Assembly (NCBI GenBank): GCA_965231215.1
Contig: OZ246423.1
Span: forward strand, 640,001 to 704,000
DNA from: Candidatus Altimarinota bacterium
Lineage (GTDB): Bacteria > Patescibacteriota > Gracilibacteria > UBA4473
Direction of reading: 5' to 3'
Length of the DNA stretch: 64,000 nt
Below, in pieces: positions 1 to 10,055 of this stretch (positions are counted from its first letter, which is position 1; every line of letters begins with the position of its first letter). The translations under genes and the position numbers were made by a program. Under the pieces are notes generated by a model. It ran no database searches. It saw nothing but the letters and a program-made list of their open reading frames with translations, and was not told the origin of the DNA.

Positions 1-753
1 GTCATACGAGGAAAGAGTGATAGTTCCTGGTGTATCATCTACAATGAGGTCTACGCCTGTAAGCATTTCAAAGGCGTTAATATTACGCCCTTCACGTCCA
101 ATAATTTTCCCTTTGATTTCATCGGAATCCAGTTTTACTACCGTCACGGTAGATTCTGAGGTAACCGATGAAGCGAATCTTTGGATGGACTGAACCAAAA
201 TATTTGAGGCTTCTTCATCAGCGTCTTTCTCAATGGCTTCAATTTTTCGCTTCATAGAGTCAGCCAATTGAGCCTCACACTGAGCTTCAATCCGAGCAAA
301 CAACTCTTCTTTGGCTTTGTCTTGCGGCAACTTGCTGATTTTCTCTAAAACTTCATTTTGTTCAGACAAACGGTCATCAAGTTTTGCTTTTTTATCATCT
401 AGATCTTTAACAGATTTTTCATAATCTTCCCGAGCTTTTTCCATTCGCTCAGCTTTTTGATCTAATTGTTCTTCGCGTCGAACCAGCCGTTCATCAGCTT
501 GTTCTTGCATTTTTTGTAGTCGGTCTCGAGTCTGCTGTTCTTCCCTTTTGGCGTTTTCACGTAGATCCTCTACATGTTTTTTACCTTCAGAAAGAATTCG
601 ATCAGCCTCAAGCTTCGCATTCTCCCGAATGCGGTCGGCTTCTGCTTTAGCGTTATCTTCTAAAAGTTTAGCCCGTGGTCGGACAAACAGATAAGATAAG
701 ACGGCCCCCAGGGCTACGCCCGCCAATGGCAAAATAATATACCAAATTTCCAT
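1..753 (-). CDS. rny: Ribonuclease Y, runs off the window start
   Basis: Translated by hand (absent from ORF track): [23 protein letters not shown] transmembrane anchor, long coiled coil, then KH motif [33 protein letters not shown]. Confidence 0.95.
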   Translation of the reverse strand, partial: MEIWYIILPLAGVALGAVLSYLFVRPRAKLLEDNAKAEADRIRENAKLEADRILSEGKKHVEDLRENAKREEQQTRDRLQKMQEQADERLVRREEQLDQKAERMEKAREDYEKSVKDLDDKKAKLDDRLSEQNEVLEKISKLPQDKAKEELFARIEAQCEAQLADSMKRKIEAIEKDADEEASNILVQSIQRFASSVTSESTVTVVKLDSDEIKGKIIGREGRNINAFEMLTGVDLIVDDTPGTITLSSYD

Positions 754-774
754 AGCTATTAAAATTAAAAGATA

Positions 775-945
775 CTGAGAGACCTGGCTCCCTCTCTTTT
801 TCAGGAACTATTTTTGCTGTTTTATCGTTTAAAAACCTATAAGCAAGCGCCTTAAGCGCTCCTACTAAACGACAAAGAAAATCTATAAATTTGAACCAGA
901 ATAACATCTCAAATCCGAGTCTAAACCAGGGCTTTTTCAAAGTCA
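775..945 (-). ncRNA. Candidate 6S RNA (rod with central bubble)
   Basis: Outer stem CCTGG/CCAGG, TTCA/TGAA, 15- and 17-nt unpaired bubble strands, inner stem TTTGTCGTTTA/TAAACGATAAA, apical AGCGC-TTAAG-GCGCT; TTGAAT-N18-TATTAT promoter just upstream; sits directly before rny. Confidence 0.5.
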
Positions 946-1051
946 AACCGATCATAATAAATGCTCAAAGTCAAAAAATTCAAGCAAGTTTTAGCCGGCT
1001 AAAAAAAAGCCTCTATATGGCTTCTGTCTGAAGTGTTTCAAAAGCCCAAAT

Positions 1052-1468
1052 TTATTTGCTACGACATCGGCTACAAATCCCAAAGAATCCCAAATGTACT
1101 TCTTTTAGTAAAAAATTTTTCTCTTTATCCAGTTGATCAGCAATAGAGGCTTGATAATCCAAAAAAATTTCTTCAGCCCTCCCGCACTCTTGGCAGATAA
1201 GAAAATGGTGGGCTTCTTCGATATTGCTGGGGTTGGTACAAAGTTTCCACTTTCCTTCAAATTGATGTACGAGCCGAACGGCTTCTAGTTTTTCTAAAAC
1301 TCTGTAAATGGTCGTTACATCAAATTCATTTCCCAAAAGTTTAGCCATCTCATGAGCAGAATAAAAAACCTCAGAACTCACCAATAAATCAAAAATCTTA
1401 CGCACCCCCACAGTCACACGCCAGCGACGTTCGGCAAAAGCTTTATCCAGGACACTTCTTTCTACCAT
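1052..1468 (-). CDS. Fur/Zur-family metalloregulator
   Basis: TTIYRVL helix-turn-helix, HHFLICQECG and C-terminal CxxC. Confidence 0.9.
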   Translation of the reverse strand: MVERSVLDKAFAERRWRVTVGVRKIFDLLVSSEVFYSAHEMAKLLGNEFDVTTIYRVLEKLEAVRLVHQFEGKWKLCTNPSNIEEAHHFLICQECGRAEEIFLDYQASIADQLDKEKNFLLKEVHLGFFGICSRCRSK

Positions 1469-1609
1469 TTTTATGTATATTACTAAGGGAGGAGTGGCGC
1501 GATTATAAAAACTTTTCTACTAATACCCTACAGAATTTAGTAGATTTTTCAGGGAATTATTTTGATGGAAAATCTTAATATAAGCCCTAACTAAGTGTGC
1601 ACCAGAGCT

Positions 1610-2440
1610 TTAGGCAAAAAACTGTGTTAGCATCTGTGGATCAACCAATAAAAATAAACCAATAATGATAAGTAAAATCCCACCAATAAGGTTCGAAGTC
1701 TGAACTACTTTCGGACTGAATACCTTCAAAGAAAGAGTAGTGATAGCAATAGTAAATACCACCAAGTCATCTAAAACATAAGCAATATCATAAATAACCA
1801 AAGCCAAAATTTGCTGCCATGTTTCTAGCTCCAAAGAAACAATAGTAGAAGTAAAAACGGTCGGGATTGCGAAAGAACACAAAAGTTCGAAGGCATTCAC
1901 AGAAAAAGCTAAAACCACCATTCCCGCTAGGACTAACCAGAGTTTTTCTCGCGCTAAAATATCGGTGAGTTGCTGATGAAACTTTTTCTTGCTTTCTGCG
2001 TCTCGAACATCGCATTCGATTCCTTTATTTTTGTAACTTACAATAGACATTACCCCAGCGGCGATAGCCATTCCTCCAACAGCCATGAAAACCCAGTTCA
2101 TAGCCTCTGTAGCGATAACACTGGTTAAAGCCTCAAATCCTACAAGATAGGTCAAAAGAGCCGCAAAATAAATGATGCCAGAACTGGCAATAAAGACTCC
2201 CCCAATAAGCCATCTTTTGGTTTTATCTTCCATGGTCAATAAAAACCCAAGTAAGATGAACAGCGTCCACATAGCACAGGGATTAAACCCATCTATCAGC
2301 CCCAGGACAAAACTCATCACGGGCCATGAATAGTCCAAGGCCCCAGCCCACCATTGATTGGCAATAAGACCGCTCATATCTTCCGCAAAAACTAAATAGG
2401 GCGAAAACAAAAAACTCAAAGCGAGTGTGTATTTATTCAT
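1610..2440 (-). CDS. CcdA/DsbD-like multi-TM thiol-disulfide membrane protein
   Basis: GLIDGFNPCAMW and ELLCS conserved-Cys motifs, ~7 TM segments, next to a CPHC redoxin. Confidence 0.7.
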   Translation of the reverse strand: MNKYTLALSFLFSPYLVFAEDMSGLIANQWWAGALDYSWPVMSFVLGLIDGFNPCAMWTLFILLGFLLTMEDKTKRWLIGGVFIASSGIIYFAALLTYLVGFEALTSVIATEAMNWVFMAVGGMAIAAGVMSIVSYKNKGIECDVRDAESKKKFHQQLTDILAREKLWLVLAGMVVLAFSVNAFELLCSFAIPTVFTSTIVSLELETWQQILALVIYDIAYVLDDLVVFTIAITTLSLKVFSPKVVQTSNLIGGILLIIIGLFLLVDPQMLTQFFA

Positions 2441-2451
2441 ATTTTAAAAAT

Positions 2452-2949
2452 TTAATTTTTCCGTCCCCCAAGCGCCAAAGCGCCCCCAATAATCACAAGC
2501 GTTCCAACAAAAATAAAAATCCATTTAGTCCAGTCTTGGGATTTTTCAGGTGTTTCTAACCCCATTGGGGAGGCCTCCACGGCCAAAGGTTCGCCAAAAT
2601 GGGATCGCATAACTTCTAAAATGGTTTCTTTTTGGAACCCAACAATTACTTGGCCTTTAATAATATTTGTCGGTACGGCTCGTGGTGTTTGATCCAGTTC
2701 GGCCAACCTCTCGGCCCACAAAATTTTGTTCTTTTCATCATGCCATACCTCATATTCTTTAATCTCTAAATCTGGATACATGGCCTGAAGGGTTGGAAGC
2801 CAGGCTTTTTCTTTATGACAGTGTGGACATTCTCTTCCATAAAAAAATTCCAGCACCGGAATTTCCTGAGCCCAGACTGAGCCTGCAAAAAATAAAAGTG
2901 TAAAAAATAAAGCAATCGCAAATTTTTGCATCATCGCCAGAGTAAACAC
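2452..2949 (-). CDS. Exported membrane-anchored thioredoxin/glutaredoxin-like protein
   Basis: Signal peptide, CPHC active site, AVP cis-Pro motif, C-terminal TM. Confidence 0.8.
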   Translation of the reverse strand: MFTLAMMQKFAIALFFTLLFFAGSVWAQEIPVLEFFYGRECPHCHKEKAWLPTLQAMYPDLEIKEYEVWHDEKNKILWAERLAELDQTPRAVPTNIIKGQVIVGFQKETILEVMRSHFGEPLAVEASPMGLETPEKSQDWTKWIFIFVGTLVIIGGALALGGRKN

Positions 2950-3026
2950 TTTATAAATTTTAGCAAAACTATTTCTGTGTGAGGGACTTGTTTTTCACCA
3001 AATTTACCCCATAATTTAAAAAACAA

Positions 3027-3722
3027 ATGCTCATATTCAAAAACGTTGGATTAAAAATTAACCAAAATCAGGTCTTGTCCGGACTAAATTTTAGTGTAAA
3101 ACCTGGAGAATCGGTGGCTATTTTAGGGGCTTCTGGAGCGGGGAAATCTTCGCTTTTTAGCCTGCTTATTGGAGAAAAAAAACCGACGAGAGGAGAGATA
3201 CTCCTGGATGAAATTTCTTTGGGAGAGCTTTCCTTTGCGAGTGTTCAACACTACAGACGTCAGATTGGAATTGTGTTCCAAGACTTTCGACTGCTGCCTC
3301 AAAAAACCGTCTTTGAAAATATAGCCTTTGCCCTAGAGGTGTGTGGAGAATCTTCTCTGGTACCAATAAAAGTGCCGCCATTGCTGGAGCTCGTAGGCCT
3401 TCAAGACAAAGCCAAATCTTTTCCTCATGAACTTTCTGGAGGAGAACGCCAGAGAGCCGCTATTGCCAGAGCCATGGTGCATGAACCTAAAATTCTCATA
3501 GCCGACGAGGCTACCGGGAATTTGGATCCCAAAAATTCAGCCGAAATTGCTGAGGTTTTTAAAAAACTAAACCAAGAAACAGGGCTCACCTTACTTTTTG
3601 CCGCCCATGACCCTATCTTAATACAAAAACTAGAACCCAGAGTCATTCGCTTAGAGAAAGGGAAGGTCTTGTTTGACCAGCACAAATGTGATTTAAAAAA
3701 AGCGTTTTCTGGACTTTTATAA
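3027..3722 (+). CDS. ftsE: Cell-division ABC ATPase FtsE
   Basis: GASGAGKS, IGIVFQDFRLL, LSGGERQR, ADEATGNLDP; no ftsX adjacent. Confidence 0.8.
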   Translation: MLIFKNVGLKINQNQVLSGLNFSVKPGESVAILGASGAGKSSLFSLLIGEKKPTRGEILLDEISLGELSFASVQHYRRQIGIVFQDFRLLPQKTVFENIAFALEVCGESSLVPIKVPPLLELVGLQDKAKSFPHELSGGERQRAAIARAMVHEPKILIADEATGNLDPKNSAEIAEVFKKLNQETGLTLLFAAHDPILIQKLEPRVIRLEKGKVLFDQHKCDLKKAFSGLL

Positions 3723-3911
3723 AAGGACGCATTATGCTTGTCAGAGATAGGCTACAAATTTAAAACTTTTTTTGTTTTTTTACTGAAAAGAACCAGCTGC
3801 CCAAAAGAATTAAATAGAGGTTAAAGGTTTACGAAAAATAGTTTGACAAAAAACAAAAAAATCCCTAAATTTTTGACTATATCAGATATTTGTGTTTTAT
3901 TAAATCAAAGA

Positions 3912-5000
3912 ATGACCCCAATCCAAAAGGTTGACATCAACTTCTCCGAGCTCATGGCTCGGCTTCTTGATCTCCTAAACCCAAAAGAACGAGACGTTAT
4001 CGAAAGACGTTTTTCTTTGGGGGGAAAAAGAAAAGAAACGCTCGACAAAATCGGAAAAAGCTACTCAATCACTCGTGAAAGAGTAAGACAAATTGAAGCT
4101 GTGGCAATTAAAAAGCTGGCGCGTATTTCAATGGATCCATCTATGCGACAGATTCATAATTTAGGGTACAACATTCTTTGTGAGAACGGAAAAGTGATGC
4201 TTGAGGATCACTTGGTTTCTGAGATGTTGAAAAATATGTCTAACACCAAAAATGTTGATACAAATGCTGTAAAACTCGCTATGCGCGTTTCTGACAGACT
4301 GGCCAAACAAGATAAAAATCAGTTTTTCCGGCCCTTCTGGAGAACTTCAGATCTTTCGCTCCTAGAAGTAAAAAATCTGATTCGAGGGATTCAAAAAATT
4401 ATGGAACGAAAACACGAAACGATCAGTGTTGATGAAATTGCTGAAAAACTAAACGGGGAATATCCCCTGGAAATGGTCGGGTCGGTGCTCTTTGTAGATT
4501 GGAGTTTCAAACAAACTTCAGAAGGCTGGGGATTAACCGCCTGGAGACACATCAACCCACGATCCATTAAAGATAAAATTAACATTACCTTTAAAGAAGT
4601 GGGGAAACCCTTACATTTTACAGAAATTGTAAACCACGTTTTGGCAGACTTTGATGCTAAAAAAATGGTAACCCACCAAGCCATTCACAATGAACTTATT
4701 CGCCATAATGATTTTGTGTTAGTTGGTCGAGGGATGTACGCACTAAAAGAATGGGGGCTGCCTTCTGGAACCGTTTGTGATCTTATTGTAGAAGTACTGG
4801 AAGAACACGAAGCGCCAATGAAACGACAAGAAATTATTAACGCCGTACTCCAAAAACGAGACATTCGTATTGGCACCATTTCCCTAAACCTTCAAAAATA
4901 TCCTTTCTTCCGACGTGTAGGGCGAGCCGTTTATGAATATGCTCCAGAGTTAGATACTCGAAGAAGAAACCAAAAACGAAGAGCCGCCGCTAAACAATAA
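3912..5000 (+). CDS. Sigma70 region-4 HTH fused to winged-helix (HARE-HTH/RpoE delta-like) domains
   Basis: N-terminal LNPKERDVIERRF..KETLDKIG..ITRERVRQIE; C-terminal PLHFTEI, HNELIR..FVLVGRGMYALKEWG; ATG at 3912 preferred to TTG 3843, which overlaps a TTGACA promoter. Confidence 0.75.
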   Translation: MTPIQKVDINFSELMARLLDLLNPKERDVIERRFSLGGKRKETLDKIGKSYSITRERVRQIEAVAIKKLARISMDPSMRQIHNLGYNILCENGKVMLEDHLVSEMLKNMSNTKNVDTNAVKLAMRVSDRLAKQDKNQFFRPFWRTSDLSLLEVKNLIRGIQKIMERKHETISVDEIAEKLNGEYPLEMVGSVLFVDWSFKQTSEGWGLTAWRHINPRSIKDKINITFKEVGKPLHFTEIVNHVLADFDAKKMVTHQAIHNELIRHNDFVLVGRGMYALKEWGLPSGTVCDLIVEVLEEHEAPMKRQEIINAVLQKRDIRIGTISLNLQKYPFFRRVGRAVYEYAPELDTRRRNQKRRAAAKQ

Positions 5001-5005
5001 AGCGT

Positions 5006-6073
5006 TTAGACTCCTTCAGGTTTTCGAATCAAAGCTCCAGTAATGCGGAGCTCTTCTTGTTTATGAACCAGATAAAAAACCGTCAAGAGTAAAATTCCAA
5101 TAAACGGGAACACTATATGGAGTTTTCCAAACTCCAAAAGGGAGTTGAAGGCTCCGTGCAAAAACATTGCCAAAATAACCCCTTCCATCATTTTTTGTTC
5201 ATGAAATAAAACGGAAGGCTTACAGTGTAAAACTTGATTTAGAGTCTTGATCAAAAAGTGGTTTTTGTGCAGAAATTCCTCTTCTTGGTAGACTTGGGTA
5301 GAGAATTTAGCCAAGCCATAGTAGTATCCAAGAATCGCAGAAAAACATACATGAGCCCCCACAGAAATGATGGACCTTAAAACAATAAGCAGTACTAATT
5401 GCTGCACACTAAACATTCCCATATTCCCCATAGAGTTGAAGTAAATAACGTTTTCTACAAAGGCAAAACCAAGCGCCACAATAATAGAAAACTGTAAAGC
5501 TTCCCCCACAGAATGTATTTTTTCCTCATCAGAAAACCTCAGCACCAAATGCTTTGTAAACTCCTCAAGCATTCCAACCACCATAAACATCCAAATTTTT
5601 TCATGGAGTGAGAGCGTGCTCATAAACGCAATACACCCACAGAAAACCCCGACAGTTACAAAGAAAAATGGCGACTCAAGTGCCAATCTAAACTTTTGCC
5701 TGAAAACCTTAAACGAGTTATCCCCAGAAAAAATCTCCAGTATTCCCATAACCAAACCTGTGAAGAGGAATATAGCACACATCACCAGCACTGTCGCTAC
5801 AGCATAAATCCCTAAAGAGCCCACACTCTGAAGCTCTAAAAGAGAGACTAAATGCTTAAAAAGATTAGTATGTTCAAGGCTCAAAATAGCCTGATCCCAA
5901 TATTTTTCGTACAGCTTTATCGGCAGAACTGAAACCATCCCAGCAACAAAGGTTGTCACAATGTAAGATCGCTTTTTAGGCAGGTGATTCCTAAACCAAT
6001 ACAACCACAAAAATACGGGAATCAAAGCCAGTAATCCATAGCCCAAAAGTGAGGTAATAGTCTCAGTAGACAT
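5006..6073 (-). CDS. PrsW-family intramembrane glutamic protease
   Basis: EEFTK, LGFAFVEN, AH and LHGAFN motifs. Confidence 0.85.
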   Translation of the reverse strand: MSTETITSLLGYGLLALIPVFLWLYWFRNHLPKKRSYIVTTFVAGMVSVLPIKLYEKYWDQAILSLEHTNLFKHLVSLLELQSVGSLGIYAVATVLVMCAIFLFTGLVMGILEIFSGDNSFKVFRQKFRLALESPFFFVTVGVFCGCIAFMSTLSLHEKIWMFMVVGMLEEFTKHLVLRFSDEEKIHSVGEALQFSIIVALGFAFVENVIYFNSMGNMGMFSVQQLVLLIVLRSIISVGAHVCFSAILGYYYGLAKFSTQVYQEEEFLHKNHFLIKTLNQVLHCKPSVLFHEQKMMEGVILAMFLHGAFNSLLEFGKLHIVFPFIGILLLTVFYLVHKQEELRITGALIRKPEGV

Positions 6074-6199
6074 AAAAAATAAATATTATCTTAATATAAT
6101 ACAATAAAATAAAGAATAAAAAAAGTAAATAGTCCTATTTTATACTGGAAAAATCAGCCGAATCTGATAGAAATGAAGGGTAACTAAAATTCGAAATTT

Positions 6200-7531
6200 A
6201 TGGCGCTTTCTCCGCTCGATGATCGTTATGCTTCAAAAGTACAAAATTTAAACCCAATATTTGCCGAATTTGGGCTTATGAAATACCGAACTATTGTAGA
6301 GGTTCAGTGGCTTTTAACCTTGTGTGAAAAAGGCATTGCCCCGAAACTTCCTGATGAAGTAGTTCTGGGGCTTCAGGCCCTGTTAACTGATTTTTCTCCG
6401 GAAGAATATAGCGCGATTAAAAAGTTTGAAGCTGAGACCAATCACGATGTTAAAGCTGTAGAGTATTTTATTAGAGATTTGGTACCAAAAAGTCACTGGA
6501 GCTGGATTCACTTTGCCTGTACTTCGGAAGATATAAACAACTTAGCTTACGGGCTCATGCTTAGAGATGGCCGTGAAGCCATTCTCTGTGCCAACGACTT
6601 AATCCTAGAAGATCTAAAACAAAAAGCTCTAGAATGGAAAGCTATCCCTCTCCTCTGCCGAACCCATGGTCAACCAGCTACCCCTTCAACCATGGGGAAA
6701 GAATGGGCCATTTTTTGGGATCGCGCCAATAGCGTATCTCAGAGTTTTGAAACCCTGCCTATCACCGGAAAAATAAATGGAGCCACGGGAACCTTTTCTG
6801 CTCATAGCATAGCCCTACCAGAAGTGGACTGGATTGAGCTTTCTCATAATTTTGTAACCGATACCTTAGGCCTGGTATGGAATCCGCTTACGCCTCAAAT
6901 TGAACCACATGATCAGCAAGCCTTGCTGCTAAATGAAATGGGCCGGCTCACCAATATTTATATTGATCTATGCCGAGACACTTGGGGGTATATTGCGCTG
7001 GGTTACTTCAGCCAAAAAACCGTCAAAGGGGAAGTGGGGTCCTCCACGATGCCTCACAAAGTAAACCCTATTGATTTTGAAAATGCCGAAGGGAACTTCA
7101 AATTAGCCCGAGGCTTGGGCCGAACCCTTAGCGACGAGCTCCCTATTTCTCGATGGCAAAGAGATTTAACAGACTCCACACTACAGAGAAATTTTGGGGT
7201 GGTTTTTGGGCACTTTTTCCTCGGTTTACAATCACTCAAAAAGGGGCTTGGAAAATTAGAAATAAAACCCGAGGCCATGCTGGAGGACTTGCAAAAAAGC
7301 CCTGAAGTTTTAACCGAAGCCGTACAAACCGTACTCCGTGTACAGGGACATCATGATGCGTATGAACAGCTAAAAACCTTTTCCCGAGGGCAGGCTCTAA
7401 CTTTAGAACAAGTATATGAATTTGTAGATAAAGCCGATATTCCAAACGAGGATAAACGCCGACTTAAAAACCTCACCCCAGAAACCTACACGGGGTTGGC
7501 CGAAGATCTGATCGATAAATTTGTAGAATAA
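6200..7531 (+). CDS. purB: Adenylosuccinate lyase
   Basis: ALSPLDDRY, TNHDVKAVEY, RTHGQPATP, GSSTMPHKVNPIDFENAEGN. Confidence 0.97.
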   Translation: MALSPLDDRYASKVQNLNPIFAEFGLMKYRTIVEVQWLLTLCEKGIAPKLPDEVVLGLQALLTDFSPEEYSAIKKFEAETNHDVKAVEYFIRDLVPKSHWSWIHFACTSEDINNLAYGLMLRDGREAILCANDLILEDLKQKALEWKAIPLLCRTHGQPATPSTMGKEWAIFWDRANSVSQSFETLPITGKINGATGTFSAHSIALPEVDWIELSHNFVTDTLGLVWNPLTPQIEPHDQQALLLNEMGRLTNIYIDLCRDTWGYIALGYFSQKTVKGEVGSSTMPHKVNPIDFENAEGNFKLARGLGRTLSDELPISRWQRDLTDSTLQRNFGVVFGHFFLGLQSLKKGLGKLEIKPEAMLEDLQKSPEVLTEAVQTVLRVQGHHDAYEQLKTFSRGQALTLEQVYEFVDKADIPNEDKRRLKNLTPETYTGLAEDLIDKFVE

Positions 7532-7851
7532 TGCTCTATTTGTATCTGGCTTTTGGAATAATGGCTGATATTTTTGGCATATATGTGGCTAAAAAATTTG
7601 TAGATTCCGGGGAGCTAAAATGGATTCTTGGCATTGTATTCACCTCAATAGTGCTCAATATATTGTATATTTTAGTTTTAACTAAAGGAACAGTCTCCAT
7701 TCTTACGGCTGTATGGCTTATTGTGGTATTACTGGGAGGGATCCTGATTGGATCTGTTTTGTTCAAAGAAACTATTACCCTCCTCCAGTGGGTTGGGGTC
7801 ATTTTAGCCATAGCTGCCATCACCTGCCTTCAGTGGCCTACAAATACATAA
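7531..7851 (+). CDS. SMR/DMT-family small membrane transporter
   Basis: 106 aa, 4 TM, FKETITLLQWVGV motif. Confidence 0.7.
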   Translation: MLYLYLAFGIMADIFGIYVAKKFVDSGELKWILGIVFTSIVLNILYILVLTKGTVSILTAVWLIVVLLGGILIGSVLFKETITLLQWVGVILAIAAITCLQWPTNT

Positions 7852-7956
7852 TAACGCAAAACTTACAGCGATATTGAAGAAGGCTGTGAGACGATTACTT
7901 CAAAACTCAAGGGCATTAAATGAACGGTTTTGATTTTGAAAAATAGGAAGTAAGTA

Positions 7957-8826
7957 CTACCTCACCAATTCTTTAAATTCTTTATTCTTCTGGAGTGGTT
8001 CAAAGTCTCGGTCTGATTTTGCCGTTTCTTTGTAGTGTTCAGAAAGCTGAATAGCATAATGAAGGTCTTGTAAAGCTTCTTCCTGTTTTCCAAGTTGTGC
8101 ATAACTACAAGCGCGATTATAAATAGCACTTCCATGATCTGAGGCTATTTCTAGCGCCGCATTACACATGTCTAATGCTTGTTCAGGAATGTCCATGCGC
8201 AGATAAGAAGCCGCTTTAGCCACCAGCACTTCTGGATTCTCTGGCTCTAACTCTCGAATTTGTTCTAATACATCTAGTTTATTCCTATCATCATTTTCAC
8301 GGTTAGCCTGAATCCACAAAGCATTGATGTGCTGTACTTTCTCAAGCTCTTTTTGATTTTGTAAGATTTCTTCACCTTTGTTTTGGAGATCTTTTTCAAT
8401 CGTTTCAAGCCGGGTTCTAAATTCATCTAAAAGCTTTTCAGACTCTTTTTCTACAATGCTTTTGGCCGAGTTTTTAAGATCTTTAATGGTCCGCCATCCA
8501 AAAATAGCAAACATCCCCAAAGCCAAAGTGAGAAAAAAAGAAAAATAAGTAACCGCATTGGCTACATATCCAAGGGCTCGATCGGTAATCCTGAGTTCAC
8601 GATTATTAAGTTCTTGATTTATATCTCTTCTAAGCGTCTCGTGGTTTATCCGAAGAGTTCGTACTTCGTCTAATAAAAAATACTCCGTGAATGTCCCGAG
8701 GTCTTTTATCTGGTCTAAATTAACAAACTTTGGGTCTTCCTGGACTGGTGGCAGCGCCTCTGTCTGAGCAAAGCTTGACTGAAAAAACCATAAGGTGAGA
8801 CTGAAAACGTAAAAAAATTTTTTCAT
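7957..8826 (-). CDS. Membrane-anchored TPR protein
   Basis: Signal peptide, TM, coiled coil, TPRs with YNRACSYAQLG and C-terminal D.DF..L. Confidence 0.8.
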   Translation of the reverse strand: MKKFFYVFSLTLWFFQSSFAQTEALPPVQEDPKFVNLDQIKDLGTFTEYFLLDEVRTLRINHETLRRDINQELNNRELRITDRALGYVANAVTYFSFFLTLALGMFAIFGWRTIKDLKNSAKSIVEKESEKLLDEFRTRLETIEKDLQNKGEEILQNQKELEKVQHINALWIQANRENDDRNKLDVLEQIRELEPENPEVLVAKAASYLRMDIPEQALDMCNAALEIASDHGSAIYNRACSYAQLGKQEEALQDLHYAIQLSEHYKETAKSDRDFEPLQKNKEFKELVR

Positions 8827-8894
8827 AGAATATGAGTGAAGTTTAAATAGTTTATTTTTATGTTTTTATCAAGTATTTTATCTATGATTAAAGC

Positions 8895-9407
8895 ATGATT
8901 TTTTTAGGGGTAGGGTCTTCAATTGGAAACGCTAAAGAAGTTTTTAGTATGGCTGAAGCTTTTTTAGAACGAAACAATATTCATGTACTAAAAAAGTCTA
9001 ATATTATGAAAAACCCCCCTCTGGGGGGAGTAGCCCAAAATGAGTTCTCAAATATGGTTTGGGAAATTTCCTTTCCAGAAACCCCCTGGGAAAAAGTTAA
9101 CTGGAGGCTCCTTCCACCTTCAAGGAGGCTTCGTCTTAAGGCCAAAAAACTACTTAAAATCTGTAAGCAATGTGAAGGCTTTTGTGGAAGAAAAAACACC
9201 GTTAGATGGGGAGACCGCACACTAGATTTAGATATTCTAATGTTTCACCAGCTAGAAGTAGACAAAAAGCTTTTGCATATCCCTCATAAAGAAATTCCTT
9301 TTAGGGATTTTGTATTACTTCCTTGGAGCGAAATCGTTGACCAAAATTTTGAAATCCCTACATTTGGATTACTCAAAGAGCTTGTAAAACATGTCCCAAA
9401 ACGCTGA
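8895..9407 (+). CDS. folK: HPPK, hydroxymethyl-dihydropteridine diphosphokinase
   Basis: [29 protein letters not shown]. Confidence 0.9.
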   Translation: MIFLGVGSSIGNAKEVFSMAEAFLERNNIHVLKKSNIMKNPPLGGVAQNEFSNMVWEISFPETPWEKVNWRLLPPSRRLRLKAKKLLKICKQCEGFCGRKNTVRWGDRTLDLDILMFHQLEVDKKLLHIPHKEIPFRDFVLLPWSEIVDQNFEIPTFGLLKELVKHVPKR

Positions 9408-9945
9408 AGATTGTATTCGAGAAATACTAAAACACATTGGAGAAGATCCAGAAAGGGAGGGACTCAAAGAAACCCCCAAAAGGGTTATCGAAGCGTATAA
9501 AGAGCTTTTTTCAGGCTACAAACAAGACCCAAAAAAAGTGGTAAAACACTTCACCAATGAAGGGTATGATGAAATGCTAACGGTTAAAAACATTCAGTAT
9601 TATTCGAGCTGTGAACACCATATGTTGCCTTTTTTTGGGAAAGCTCATGTCGCTTATATTCCAGATGAAAAAATCACAGGACTTTCAAAGATACCAAGGC
9701 TTGTAGACGTTTTTGCCAGAAGATTGCAAAACCAAGAAAGACTGAGTGTCCAGATTGCCGAAACCCTTATGGAAGAACTCCAGCCTAAAGGGGTGGCGGT
9801 TCAAATCAGCGGTCTACATATGTGCATGTGTTCACGAGGCGTGGCTCAGAACGATTCTCAAACCGTTACTACAACGTTTTTAGGCGCTTTTAAAGAAGAT
9901 CCGCAGCTTAGACAGGATTTTTTCAACCAGATCCAAAGTGGTTAA
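9391..9945 (+). CDS. folE: GTP cyclohydrolase I
   Basis: [38 protein letters not shown]. Confidence 0.97.
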   Translation: MSQNAEDCIREILKHIGEDPEREGLKETPKRVIEAYKELFSGYKQDPKKVVKHFTNEGYDEMLTVKNIQYYSSCEHHMLPFFGKAHVAYIPDEKITGLSKIPRLVDVFARRLQNQERLSVQIAETLMEELQPKGVAVQISGLHMCMCSRGVAQNDSQTVTTTFLGAFKEDPQLRQDFFNQIQSG

Positions 9946-10055
9946 ATGCCTCCTGTTATTACCAAAGAACAAAGGTAGGGAAAACCGTGGGAATCGACTT
10001 CAAGTAAGAACGCTTCGTGATAAACCGTTAATACTTTTATCCCTCTATGATGTAT

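Noticed and set aside
668-955. 95-aa ORF from the track
   Set aside because: Overlaps the rny start out of frame and the 6S-like structure; no protein-like motifs
7855-7923. Coding-like fragment RKTYSDIEEGCETITSKLKGIK
   Set aside because: No start codon; too short to assign
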